64,000 nucleotides of DNA from Octopus sinensis (lineage: Eukaryota): the NCBI RefSeq assembly GCF_006345805.1, contig NC_043007.1, positions 44,888,001-44,952,000 on the forward strand, given 5' to 3'. Below are positions 24,462 to 36,680 of this stretch, piece by piece. The stretch's first letter is position 1, and each line of letters starts with the position of its first letter. A program made the position numbers and the translations under genes. The notes under the pieces were generated by a model. That model searched no databases and was not told the origin of the DNA. It saw only the letters and a program-made list of their open reading frames with translations.

Positions 24462-24613
24462 TGATATTTATTATCAAAAAAATGTCTCATAAAAAAATAC
24501 AAACACCAAACAAATGCACAAAACAAACACCAATCAAATGCACAATGTGCATCAGAAAACGATGATGTGATACTTGCATGCCTTGCAAGATCAGTGACAA
24601 AGAAACTGAACAT
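24462..24613 (-). other. Weak candidate antisense exon (152 nt, likely non-coding)
   Basis: Minus-strand acceptor ttttatttatcaagcattccacag and perfect donor CA|gtaagtaat. T-rich, with an internal 24-nt tandem duplication. Confidence 0.2.
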
Positions 24614-25619
24614 CTGTGGAATGCTTGATAAATAAAATAGCACATACAACTCACTTATTATTGTCATATCATAAACAAACACAAGTTCATGTATGATATT
24701 GATCTTTATTTCTATTTCAATTATTACATAGTTTTCTCTTCTAAAACTACACACATACAGGTTCAATGTGGCTCCCGATAAACAGTAAAAGTAATTACCT
24801 GATTGATGACGGGGTTTTGCTGCTAGTTTTATATATATATATATGTACATATGCACACACACAGAGTTTCTCTAATCCACCAAAGTCAGGTCAGGGCTAA
24901 GTAGAAGAAATTTGCCCAAGGTGCCATACTGTGGGACTGAATATAAAACCTTGTGATTGAGAAGCAAACTTCTTATTGTGCAAAAATATTGAAGAAAATT
25001 TTTATTTCATTAAAATTTTTCTAACACCTTTCCATGTAAAATTTAACATCTAATACAACCTTCCCCATTTTAATGGCAACAGCTTATGCTTTCCCCCTTT
25101 TTTTTTGGTTTATTTTTGTTTCACCTTTGTATTAACTTTGTTGAAGTGTATACTAACATCATTAATTATTTTTTTGCTGCAATTTATTATTATTATTATT
25201 ACAATTACTTATGACCATGATGCTGATGTTGACAAACAACACACACACACACTAAAGGATTGAATGAATGTTTGCATACACAAACATGTGAGGAAAGTAC
25301 TTGTTGCAAAGAGTCAAGTGATATTCAGTAGAATCTGATCCATTATTAAAATTACTAAGTTACACCTTTTTGTTCATTAGATAGTGTGTATACATATGCC
25401 TATATGTATCAATATACACACACACATGTATGTTATGTATATACATATATATGCAATGTGCATATATACATATACATAGTGTATCTGTATCTCTCAAAGT
25501 AAGTCAAGGTAATCCCCCCCCCCCAAAAAAAAATGAAAAAAATTTAGTGAACATTTTCCCAAAATTCCTTTAAATTCTTTCTTTATTCTTCAAATGTTAC
25601 TATAAAAAAATAAATATAA

Positions 25620-26024
25620 GCGGCTGTGTGGTAAGTAGCTTGCTAACCAACCACATGGTTCTGGGTTCAGTCCCACTGCGTGGCATCTTGGGCAAGTGTC
25701 TTCTGCTATAGCCCCAGGCCGACCAATGCCTTGTGAGTGGATTTGGTAGACGGAAACTGAAAGAAACCTGTCGTATATATGTATATATATATATATGTAT
25801 GTGTGTGTATGTGTTTGTGTGTCTGTGTTTGTCTACCTAGCATTGCTTGACAACCGATACTGGTGTGTTTACGTTCCCGTCACTTAGCGGTTCAGCAAAA
25901 GAGACTGATAGAATAAGTACTGGGCTTACAAAGGATAAGTCTCGGGGTTGATTTGCTCGACTAAAGGTGGTGCTCCAGCATGGCCACAGTCAAATGACTG
26001 AAACAAGTAAAAGAGTAAAGAGTA
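25620..26024 (+). mobile_element. SINE family A, well-preserved full-length copy
   Basis: Complete head, (TA)/(TG) middle, and (AAAGAGT)-type tail. Many CpGs retained. Confidence 0.9.
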
Positions 26025-26736
26025 TAAAGCAAATATAATGTACAAGTTAAGCAAGTTCCTAAAAGTGAGGTTCCTGAAAGGAAATAGAGAATTCCTTTAT
26101 TTTCATTTATTTGGAAGAAGACTGCAAGCTATCAAAATTGTTAGCATGCTGGGGAAAATGCTTAGCAGCATTTTGTCTGTCTTTACGTTCTGAGTTCAAA
26201 TTCTGGTGATGTTGACTTTGCCTTTCATGCTTTTGGGGTTGATAAAATAAGTACCTCATCCTTGAAATTTGAAACCAATATTTATTTGGAAGAAGTGTAA
26301 TGTTTGTGGCTAATCACATATAGAAGGGATTAGAGCTGGAATCATGTGGAATTCCATAGATGTAATGATGTTGCAGTAAGGTCCCCAAAGAGCCATTATC
26401 CTTTCTGGCAATCAACATATCAAACTCCTTAAATTTAATGTATTAAAACAGAAAGCTGTGTCATTATGCTGTTGAAAGTTTAAATGTTTGTATTAAGATC
26501 ATTCAAAGATGATATTGACATGATGTCATTATCATGGGGAAAGTGTGGGACTGGTATAAACCGTTTAGTTCATGAGTGGATGTTTGTAGAATGTAGAAGG
26601 TTATGGGTGAGTGAAATTTTGTTTAAACTGCATAGAAATATATATATGGTGTCAAGAAATATATATGGTGTCAAGAAAGTTTTTAATGAAGAAAAGAAAG
26701 TATGGTATCGTGGTACAGTAGAAAGTTGATAAAATG

Positions 26737-26815
<79 letters not shown>

Positions 26816-27399
26816 AGAGAGAAAATCATTGGTACATACTATTGGAAGATGGTGGTGAGAAATCTAACTGGAAGATTACAATTCGAGAAATTAAAAGTCA
26901 AGTAAAACAACATAGCTGGGAGGTTGTTGTCCTAAACACAGTCAGTGCAACAAACAGGGCTTTCATCCAAGATTTTGAAGGTAAGTAACTACAGATGAGT
27001 GACAATGGGAAGCAAATCTCCAACAAATCTGGATCTACAAAGCTGTTCTGATGGTCAATAAGAGAGGAAAGAGTGCAAGGATGAAAGATTAAAAGGGGTG
27101 GATGGTTCGAGTCAATGAAAGAGATAATTATTTAAGTATTTCTGTTTGAGAATGATCATTTTGTTGGAATGATTGGAGGAATTTTCTGCTTTTGTGATGG
27201 AGAAGCAGGTGGTGTGGAGATAAACACAGAAGAAGAAGAAGAAGAATATAGACTGGGAGGTGGCATGAACAGCAAATATGGAAGCTTTTTTTCTTTGTGA
27301 AAATGCTGTTAACAACAGTCTTGATTAAGGATTATCTGATAGAATGATCCTGTAAAGCTGACAAAGCTTTCTCATAATAAAGAATCAGAAAATTGCTGA

Positions 27400-28900
27400 A
27401 ATTTGTGAGATCAGAGACTTTGGTGGCAGTGGAATATATGAACGATTTCTTTACTCTTCTGATGACAGTCTTGCAGGAATTATGTTGGTAAGTAAAATGC
27501 TCTTAGTTGGTGGTGGTTGGTGATTTTTGACAGAGGTTGTTGAATTTTTTTTTCTCTACTGCTTGAATGTGGCTCCGAATAGCCTAGTAGTTTGTTTATG
27601 GCTATGAGCTTTAGTTGTCAGAGTGATGTATAGTGACATACTCACAAGAACTGTTTTCCTCATCACTTGACTCATATGTTGGAGTTGCAGTATATTTTGT
27701 ATCATGGATAGTTGGTTTAAAATTGGTGGAGTTCTGCCCAGTTAGCTCACTTAAAGTACAAGAAGTTTCAGGTGGTGGCAGTGTCTTTGTGTGCCTTGAT
27801 TAGGCAGTGATAGAACGGTCCTGTGGATGCAGATATGCTGTTGTCTGGGTAAAGAAGGGGTTCTCAACTATTTTTTATCTATGGATCCCTTTGATTACTA
27901 TTTTATTCTGGCGGACCCCCATAGTCATTCTATGTTTAAAAATTAGTTTTGTACAAACTTCTTTTAAAATTCCTATTTTGTTTTTCACATATTAACTCGT
28001 GTGGGTTGTATTGTGTAAAAAATTAGAGAAAGAAACCTTGCTGTTTCTTGTAATACAGGCCAATACATATGTCTAAAGCAAGTTTTTTCAGGGTTTCTTG
28101 CAATACAATTGTGGACCTCAGTTTACTATTTTTTGTTACGTGGACCCCAAAAATCTTATATGGATCCTCAGAGGCCATATGGACGCTAGTTGAGAACCTA
28201 TTGGAGTAAAGGATGGGTTTGATGAAGAGAAAGATCTTAAGGTTGTTTATAGTATCAGCTTGTCGATCAGAGATATAGGTGTGTGTCTAAATAAACTGGT
28301 GTATGCAGCTGGAGACTGTTGCTAAACATGATTTAAATTGCGTGCCTACAGTATCTATATAGAAAGGATGTAAAAAATACAAGTTGTTTGTATTTGTGTT
28401 GAATAAAGTCAAGTGAAATAGTTTGATGTTGGGCAAAGACGGAATTGTCAGGGGATGAATTTCTGAGAAATACATATTGAGAAATTGTTTAGCAGTGTAT
28501 TTGGAAAAAGGATACATATTAACGATTTAGGAGAGGGCTGTTACTTCATAGTAAGAAAGTTCAATGAGATAGAAATGTAGTAGTCAAAGTGGAAATGGTT
28601 GGAAATCGTTTGTGGCTAAAAGTTGGCTTAGTAGGTCAATTAATTTTGTTTGTGTGTGTAAACAATGATTGAGCAGAAACGGCTTATTCAAGACAGAGAT
28701 TAATGGCAGAAGGTAGTGCAGTGTCAACGTATTATACGAACAATATTTGAAAGATGGGAGATATAATATATTGTTGTCAAAACAATACAAACTAAAATTA
28801 CTTAGGTCAAGTAAAATAAATTTGTTCTAGCATGGCTTTAACTATGATTTCTAAAATGACTTGAAGAACGAAGGAACAGTGGTAGATTAAAGTAGCGTAG
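27400..28900 (-). mobile_element. Highly decayed CR1-group LINE remnant, split by a hAT MITE
   Basis: Minus-strand NFLYFK*ANWAELHQF*TNYP resembles the (Y/F)..ADW....F....PW linker of CR1-group ORF2. Boundaries very approximate. Confidence 0.35.
27855..28203. mobile_element. hAT (Charlie-like) MITE
   Basis: Termini aggggttctcaac / gttgagaacc. 8-bp TSD gggtaaag / gagtaaag (7/8) with central TA. Confidence 0.8.
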
Positions 28901-30654
28901 GTCTGCTCCATTAGAGCTCATCCCCGAGGAGATGGACGAATGGATAAAGTCTTCGATTTTCCTGTAAATCATAAATCTTAAAGAAATCCATTGATGGCGT
29001 TTCGTTGAGTATTTGGGTTATACAATTAATCCTGCACACGTATATTCATCAGATATTGTTGGGATATTTACCTTCTTGTATTTGACTGGCATCGTGTCGG
29101 ATGAGAGAGAGAGAGAGATTTATCCCTGATAATCCACTTTAATACATTAAAATCAGAGAGTTTGTAGAGGTCATGAAAAGATGCTTTGATGCCAACAGAG
29201 AAAATGTAAAGGATAACTTATTTTATAGATGCAGGCATGACCACGTGGTTAAGATGTTCGCTTTGCAGCCTCATGATGTCGGGTTCAATCTCACGGCCCC
29301 ACGACCAACAAGTGAATTTGGTAGACAGTAACTGTATGGACGTCCATTGTGTGTGTGTTTTCCTTTTGCTCGACTACAGGTGTTGGTTTGTTTACGTCTC
29401 CGTAACTTAGTGGTTCGGCAAATCAGACCAATAGAATAAGTGCCAGACTTAACACCGGTATCGAGGTCCAATAACTGAAACAAATAAAAGATAAGATATG
29501 ATGATGTAAATTTGCTGTGAGATATTTTGGAATTTTACGAATGATTATTTGACAATGACCTGCAAGATTTCTGTCTACATCGATCTTAAATTGTGATGTT
29601 GTTGAGGTAGGTATGGCAATCGTTTTGATCAACACGTGAGATGTAGTTTTATTGCGGCATGGTAACGTCTTTTGACGAATCACGAATCTGTTAAAGCAAA
29701 ATGGCTTTTTGGATGGGACATTTCACTCCGTTATCAGTGATCTCATATTTGAATTAGCAGTATGCATTCGTCGCGTTTCAGAGTAGAACCCTTTGTTCTA
29801 CATTAGGCAGACTCATAATCAACGATTTTCCTGGCATGTTCATGCCGTTTTTATACGCTAAGGATAACATTACCTAATATATCGCTTCTCTTTCCATGTG
29901 GTCGAGTGTAATTCGCGAGTGACTTGTTGCTATTTCTAGCTGATAAAACAACCTCACATGTGCCCTGCTTATTATGTTGCTATTGGTAATTGTTTTCTCT
30001 TAGCAGATCTATGATCAAAGGCATTCCAACAGCGATCCTATTGTCCGCAGGTCCCATAAAGAATTTGAGCTTGTTATTTTGAAGTTTACGAATTTTTGAC
30101 GATTATACTCACTTTTCGTAGTTAACAGTTCTGAATTATGTTTTTAACACAAAATAATTAAATGGTTTGAAATTGTTAATAATTTCCTATTGAACTCACT
30201 GAACCAAGTAGTATAAATTAGCCTTGAGATACAGTAGTATAAATTAGTCCGAGATACAGTGCCAATAATAGTACACCAACGAGCAGATGTTCCTACGAAT
30301 ATATGATCGTTAAGCTGACATACCGTTTACGTATCAAGCTGTGGTCCTTTAGAGTGAAAGTATCGTTAAGTACCTAGGTCCAGTCGAGTGAAGTCATACA
30401 ACGATCGATGAGATAAAATGTTCCTTTATAAATTTGTTGCGCTCAAGAGCTAAAAGTTCTCTTACCTTTACTGGTATTCTAGAAACAGAATGGGAGAATA
30501 GAAATTCATATGGAAATATCAATTCGCAGATAATTCTGTTCAAATTGACTGCAGTAATTTCTTTATGTAGAAATTACCAAATATTGACCAACTACGGGTA
30601 GTAAGCTACGAAATTCTTACATTCTGTCGATTTCCTGTAATTCAGACCACTTTA

Positions 30655-31410
30655 TGGTTCCAGTAGATAAAGTGGAAAAGGCGTTGCCATGGGAGGTAGT
30701 AAGGCAGATGCGCTGGAACAGTCACTCTGACTCACGAGGCTTGCACTTGGGAATAGCCATCTCCGCTCCGATAGCAGTGAGCAGGAATATGGTCTTGGGG
30801 CCGAGAACGCCGGAGGTCTCCACTGTCAGAGGCTCAAAAATAAATCTGCCAGAGAGCGACCGATACTTCAACAATTTCCTTTTCTCAACCTGAGAAGCAG
30901 TGCAGCCTGGGCTGGTAGCTGAATACACCAAGTTTTCGCCGGAGAAGGTGTCACAGCAAATGACATCCCAGATGAGAGGGCTACTGCCATGAAATGGGAA
31001 ACTTGTTATACCGCCAGGCCTTTTACTGTCTCATCGGTCTTTCCCGGCTGGCTCGAGTTGAAAAGGGAAGCCTGCAGTGACTAGGCCATGCTTTATGATT
31101 TCGTTCAGTACTATTGGATTGGTGCATAATTATTGCGGCTTTTTTTCAACAAATTTTATTCAACAACAACAATAGCAACTTGTAACAAAGACATTTTTAA
31201 ATGATTATTCTGGAGCATATTCACCATCCATTTCAATTACTGCTTCCCATTTGCTTGGCAGACGGTCAGACCGTCATTTAAAGATGTTTTTGTTAAATAT
31301 TGTTTTTGTTGAAAAATAGCCGCAATAATTATGCACCAACCCAATATAATGGTATGACAATGGGTGTTGGCTGAAAAAATCCACAGTGGATCTGCTGCGA
31401 CATTAGTCGT
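30655..31410 (-). mobile_element. CRE-like non-LTR retrotransposon relic (restriction-like endonuclease domain), interrupted by a mariner MITE
   Basis: Minus translation LNEIIKHGLVTAGFPFQLEPAGKDR*DSKRPGGITSFPFHGSSPLIWDVICCDTF...EKRKLLKYRSL..FIFEPLTVETSGVLG...PRESE*LFQRI...GNAFS follows the RPDG..WD..E..K..KY...VET.G..G...GNA pattern of RLE domains. Confidence 0.85.
31114..31344 (-). mobile_element. Mariner-derived MITE
   Basis: TIRs ttggattggtgcataattattgcggc / gccgcaataattatgcaccaacccaa with TA flanks. Internal DRLPSKWEAVIEMDGEY is a mariner C-terminus. Confidence 0.9.
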
Positions 31411-33764
31411 TTCTACAATGTCAGAAAAAGCAAGCAAGGGTCTTCAAACTCTTTTTGAAGAGAAGGGGTGGAAGAACAGACACCTTATTCAATAAGACGT
31501 TTTATCTCTTTGGTTGACTAAATCTTGGTACTGAAATGATACTTCATACTACAGGAGTCACAGCTTGTTGCACCGGCTAAGTATCAATTTATTGAACAAA
31601 ACAAGTTCTTAGAAATTTTCTATGTTACATCTCACACAGTTGTCTGGAGTATTTATTAACGAAAACTACTTGCGATACCTTAGGGAAATTTTCTTGCTCT
31701 TTCCTTTCGCCCGATTTCGTCAGGTTTCAATTCCAACATTTACGTGCCTTTTGAAGTTATTGGAATTATTTAGATGTTGCCTCTGGTCTGGTAGTGTATT
31801 TTAAACAAGGTACTTAATATTTCCGATATTTTTCAAACGGAGAGAGTAGATAGTAAAGAACAGAAAATAAATCAGTGAAACTGCCACGTAGAGTTTGATG
31901 TATGCTTCATGTTGAATATAAACCATTTTATTTCGTTACAATCTCCCCTGTTCGCCCGTCTGCTCATTCCAGAAATATTGTTCAATAGAGATGAATCTAG
32001 GTGACTATCGTTTCTTATTTCATGGTTCTTCTTCATAGGTGAAAATAACGTTAGATCCTGATAAAATCTAAACAGAAAGGGGCAGTATATAAGTTTACTG
32101 TTTGGCCAGCCAAATACGGTTAGAGTGGTATCCTGTCTGTAGCAAAGTCCAACTCGCTGTAAATATGCAGAGTGGTTATGTCTTTGATTCAATGTTTTTA
32201 TTTTCTCCCATGGGAAGATAAAAAGGTACCCGAAACACAAACCAGCGCCCTACCCAGATGAAGATTTTTCTATCATTTCCTTACATATAACTTTACATGC
32301 GCTGATTTTCCCGTCTTATAGTCATAAATAATCATAATATCATACATTAAGGTTAACTACTAATTGTCTAACATCCAGTAAACGTTATGGAAGACTGAAG
32401 CTTAGTACCAGCATATGAGGGTAATTCGATGAGGTCTAGACATTATCAGCAGAATGTGAAAAAAGAAAGAAAACAACAACAAAACTCCATCAAAAGCTTT
32501 TAGTTCGGCGCTCAAACGTTTTCGAGAAACAACGAAACATTTACGTCTCAGAATAGATAAAGTTAGCAACTAAAAAAAACAACAAACTAATTTGACCAGA
32601 TCCTCCCTGGAGTGAAGAGAAAGGAAAGCAGGGGGGGACAACTCTGAAATCTTGAATACATTTGCCTTCCTATAGTAATTGTTTCTGACATGATAGTTGT
32701 TTGTAATTTAGGTACAAAGCCAACAGTTTCGGGAGGAGAGGTAAGTCGACTACATCGAATCCAGTTCTCATCTGGTACATATTTTATTGACCTGGCCGAA
32801 AAGATAAAAGGCAAAATTGATCTCTGCGATATTTGAACTCAGAACGTAAAGAGCCGAAAGAAATGTCGCTAAGTATTTTGTTCATCGTGCTAACGATTCT
32901 GCCAGCTCACCGCCTTCTCCTTTTTAATAATAATGGTAATGATTTCAAATTTTGACACAAGGCTAGCAATTTCGCAGGAGGAGTAAGTTGATTACATCAA
33001 CCCCAGTATTCAACTGGTACTGTGTTTTATCGACTCCAAATGGGTGACAGAAAAGGAAAAGTGAGAAGACAGTGCATAAGGAGGATGCTTTTGAAATATT
33101 GGAAGTGAGAGTGATAGTTCTGTAATTGTTTGGGTCACAGGAATTGACTACCTTGGCATAAAAAAATCTGGAGATAAAGAGAGGGAGAGGGAGAGGGGGG
33201 TGAGAAGGGGAAAGAGAGGGATTGAAAATTTTGGCAAAAATAGGGAGGCGCTTTGGCATATAGTCTGACAACAATGACGATGAGGACACCAACTGCAGCA
33301 GTCGGCGGAATAAACCTGTTTGAGAGTTAAGTATTTTGACCACGGATGATAGTTCTCACATCTAGATTCGTACAATTTTATATGTAACAAATGTTTAATC
33401 GGCATGACACTACAACCACCGTCCGTGTTGTTTAACCCAAAGTAATCTCTGATGAACCAACCTACAATACATATTCTAGGTGTGACCATCCTGTCTTTAT
33501 TACTACATTGTCTGTTGTACCATTTCCGGTTTAATGTGAAGGAAGATTTGGCTGCTATTTCTAGCAAATAGAGTTACCAGGTCGAGGCCCTTTCATTGAA
33601 TCTTGTATTGAATCTTGAAGCCAGAAATATTGAAGTCTAGGGGGAGATAGGAATATGTATAGAGAAAAGGGGACGTATTAGCTGAAACGGGTATGATGTT
33701 ATTGAATGTGATATTTAGATCCAGGATCAGATAAAGCAAATAGAACTTTGCTCAAAGCGGCCTT

Positions 33765-33931
33765 TCCGTGGTTGTGTGGTAAGAAGCTTACTTCCCAACC
33801 ACATGGCTTCGGGTTCAGTTTCAGTACGTGTCACCTTGGGCAAGTATTTTCTACTATAGCCTTGGGTCGACCAAAACCTTGTGAGTGGATTTGGTAGATG
33901 GAAACCGAGAGGAGCCTGTCGTATATATATA
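33765..33931 (+). mobile_element. SINE family A, 5' half
   Basis: Head through the internal (TA)n, where a MITE has inserted. Confidence 0.8.
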
Positions 33932-34060
33932 CGAGGGGTGTATGAAAAGACTTGAATCTCAAAAAAAAAAACATGGTACAAGACTTTCTATGAAAGTACA
34001 ACACTTGTACTTTCGACGCTCAAAGGCATTGAAGGCTCAAAACTTTTCATACATCCCTCG
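33932..34060. mobile_element. 129-bp mariner-type MITE in the SINE (TA)n tract
   Basis: TIRs cgaggggtgtatgaaaag / cttttcatacatccctcg. Left flank TA, right flank TG. Confidence 0.8.
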
Positions 34061-34075
34061 TGTCTATATATACAC

Positions 34076-34134
<59 letters not shown>

Positions 34135-34535
34135 GAGACATACAAGGAAATCGAACGAAAACAAACATGAAGGGTCGTTAGACCAGAACGAGGGTAAAAT
34201 AGCGAATGCTGGAGAAATATTTTCTTCGAAAAGAGAAAAGATAGAAGAGAGAGATAGAATACATCCAGTCCTTTGGAGAATCCCGAAGGAAAGGAAAGAT
34301 GATCACGCGAGGAAAAGAAAGATGGACGATGGTCACGTGTGAGCAACGGGAGAGAAAAAGAGAAAGGGGGGGGAGAGATAGCAAACGGTGAAGGGGAGAA
34401 AAAATGGGAGAGAAAAGGATTAGAGTGGGGAAGAAAGTAGTATAGAGTAGAGTCGCATCAAAAAGATTAAGTTAAACTTACTTGGAAATGGATGTGTGGC
34501 GTTGAATTAAATAACATTATAAATAATATAAATAT

Positions 34536-34632
<97 letters not shown>

Positions 34633-34700
34633 TATATATATTATATATATATAAATGATATAAATATTATATATATTATAAATGATATTAATATTATATA

Positions 34701-34766
<66 letters not shown>

Positions 34767-34787
34767 ATATATATACATATATATGTA

Positions 34788-34890
34788 GTTGGGCACCGTT
34801 AATCGAAAAGTTAACTTCGTTAATCTTTATTCCGTTAACAAAAGTTAACGTTAATCCGTTAGCATTAACTTTTATCGAAAAAGGCATAAC
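34788..34890. mobile_element. Probable hAT-type element end with GTTAA subterminal repeats
   Basis: tagttgggcaccgttaa followed by about 7 gttaa(c/t)-like motifs. The partner end was not found. Confidence 0.4.
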
Positions 34891-35651
34891 TACACATTAA
34901 AATTCCCTCCGATTTTGTTGCCTCATGAAATTCCAGAAAATGGATACTTTTTAACGAAACTTTTACCAAATAATCGTTTGTATCCTGTAGGTTGAATGTG
35001 TGTAATGATTTGCTGGAAATAAGTTTTGTGAGATGTTAGGTAGAGGAGTTTCTGGAAATTCACAGGGCCCGACATTTTTCCCCTCATAACTTTCTGGAAA
35101 AAAGGTATTTTTTAATGACATTTTATACAAAAACCTTTCAAACGGGGTAGATTACTATTACAAAGAAATTTGCAGGCAAAATTTCTGGAAGGGGCGGGGC
35201 AATGGTGGGAGGAGTATCTGGAAAACGGAGTTTCGAATCAGACGGCCCGCATAAGTAGGAATTTCTCCATTTTGACGGGGATTTTTTACAATATGTCTCA
35301 TCAAAGTCTTCAGAATGATGGGAGACATCTTTTTACGAAAAAAAAAATTTTTTTCTTCCGCTACCCCTTCACCACCCCAGTCCGAAACGATTTTGGTCAC
35401 TTTTTTTCACTACTCACTATGAGAGAAACATTTTCGGTTAAAAAAAAATTGTTAATAATTTCAGAGGAAAATGTGTGATTTAAGGGAGATCTGGCTGTTG
35501 TTTCTAGCACATCCCCAAACCTTCCTCCTTGTTACTTTCTCACTCACACATCTATTGATAATTTTCAATATTTTCTCCCCATGATGAAATTTTATGGAAT
35601 GATGATGTCGAAGTAATACACGTGCAATCCCAACCGAGCGAGGCTGGGTTA

Positions 35652-35683
<32 letters not shown>

Positions 35684-36488
35684 AAAAACACTTAAAACAT
35701 CTTTATTGTTCATATTAATATGTCAAATGTAATGCATATTCACGTTATTTTGAATTATTCAGGTTCAAGAGGGGTGTCTAATTTTTTTACATACAGATTT
35801 GAAATTTTGTCAGTGGGTGCTTTATATACTACTGGTTTATTGTTATGTAATTTTAACTGATCTTGTTGAGTAAATTTGACTTTTATGAGCAGCTAAATTT
35901 AATTAACAGATGTAAAAGTAATAACATTATGGATAAACACTAAAATCGAAATTCATAATGCATCTTACCTCTTTGATTTGTTAATAAAATTATCCCAAAT
36001 GGTAACTGACAAAAATTTCTCCACTTTTCAAGATGAGGTGCATTAATTTGAATTAATTAAAGCACAGGTATACTCAGTACAAGATTTTATTCTTTCGGTA
36101 AATATTTCGTACCTTGGTGTGGAATAATTTTTTTTCCAGTTCTTTTCGGGTGTATTCTACGTATCTGACCTCCAACCCCGCCGTAAGCCACTTTTTCCAG
36201 AATAGAAAGGTGGGAGGGGTGGTGGAGACCTCGAAGTTTCCCACCAAGGGAGTTTTGTTTGGCGGGTCTTTTTTTCCTTTTCTAAGTTATTTTGCATGCT
36301 TTCAACGAATGTGATATCAAAATCACGCATAAATGGCTGTTTTTACCAGAAAAGGAAAGATTTGGCTGCTATTTCTAGCATGCCCTGCTACCACGTAACA
36401 GCTATTTGCGTTCACACGGAAATACCTACCAACTTTTTCCTTTCATTTATTTTTTCCGCTTTATGAAAGTCAATATTTTCTCTGTTGA

Positions 36489-36680
36489 AGGGCGGCAAGC
36501 TGGCAGAGTCGTTAGCACGCCTGGCAAAATGCTAAGCGGCATTTCGTCGGTCTTTACGTTGTGAGCTCAAATTTCACCGACGTCGACTTTGTCTTTCATC
36601 CTTTTGGGGTCATAAATTAAGTACAAGTTGCATATTGGTCCCCTTCCCCAAAATTACGGGCCTTGTTCCTGGAGTAGAAA
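36489..36680 (+). mobile_element. Interspersed repeat/SINE family E, well-preserved copy
   Basis: Matches multiple copies in the window. Confidence 0.8.

Noticed and set aside
26870-26988. Exon ending at GAAG|gtaagt
   Set aside because: No acceptor upstream (GA repeat), and the peptide is unrecognisable; likely decayed repeat.
36140-36182. 43-nt + strand exon candidate (ttttccag ... CC|gtaagc)
   Set aside because: It has a stop in the phase needed after exon 9366 and no homology. It could only be a UTR exon, which the sequence cannot support.
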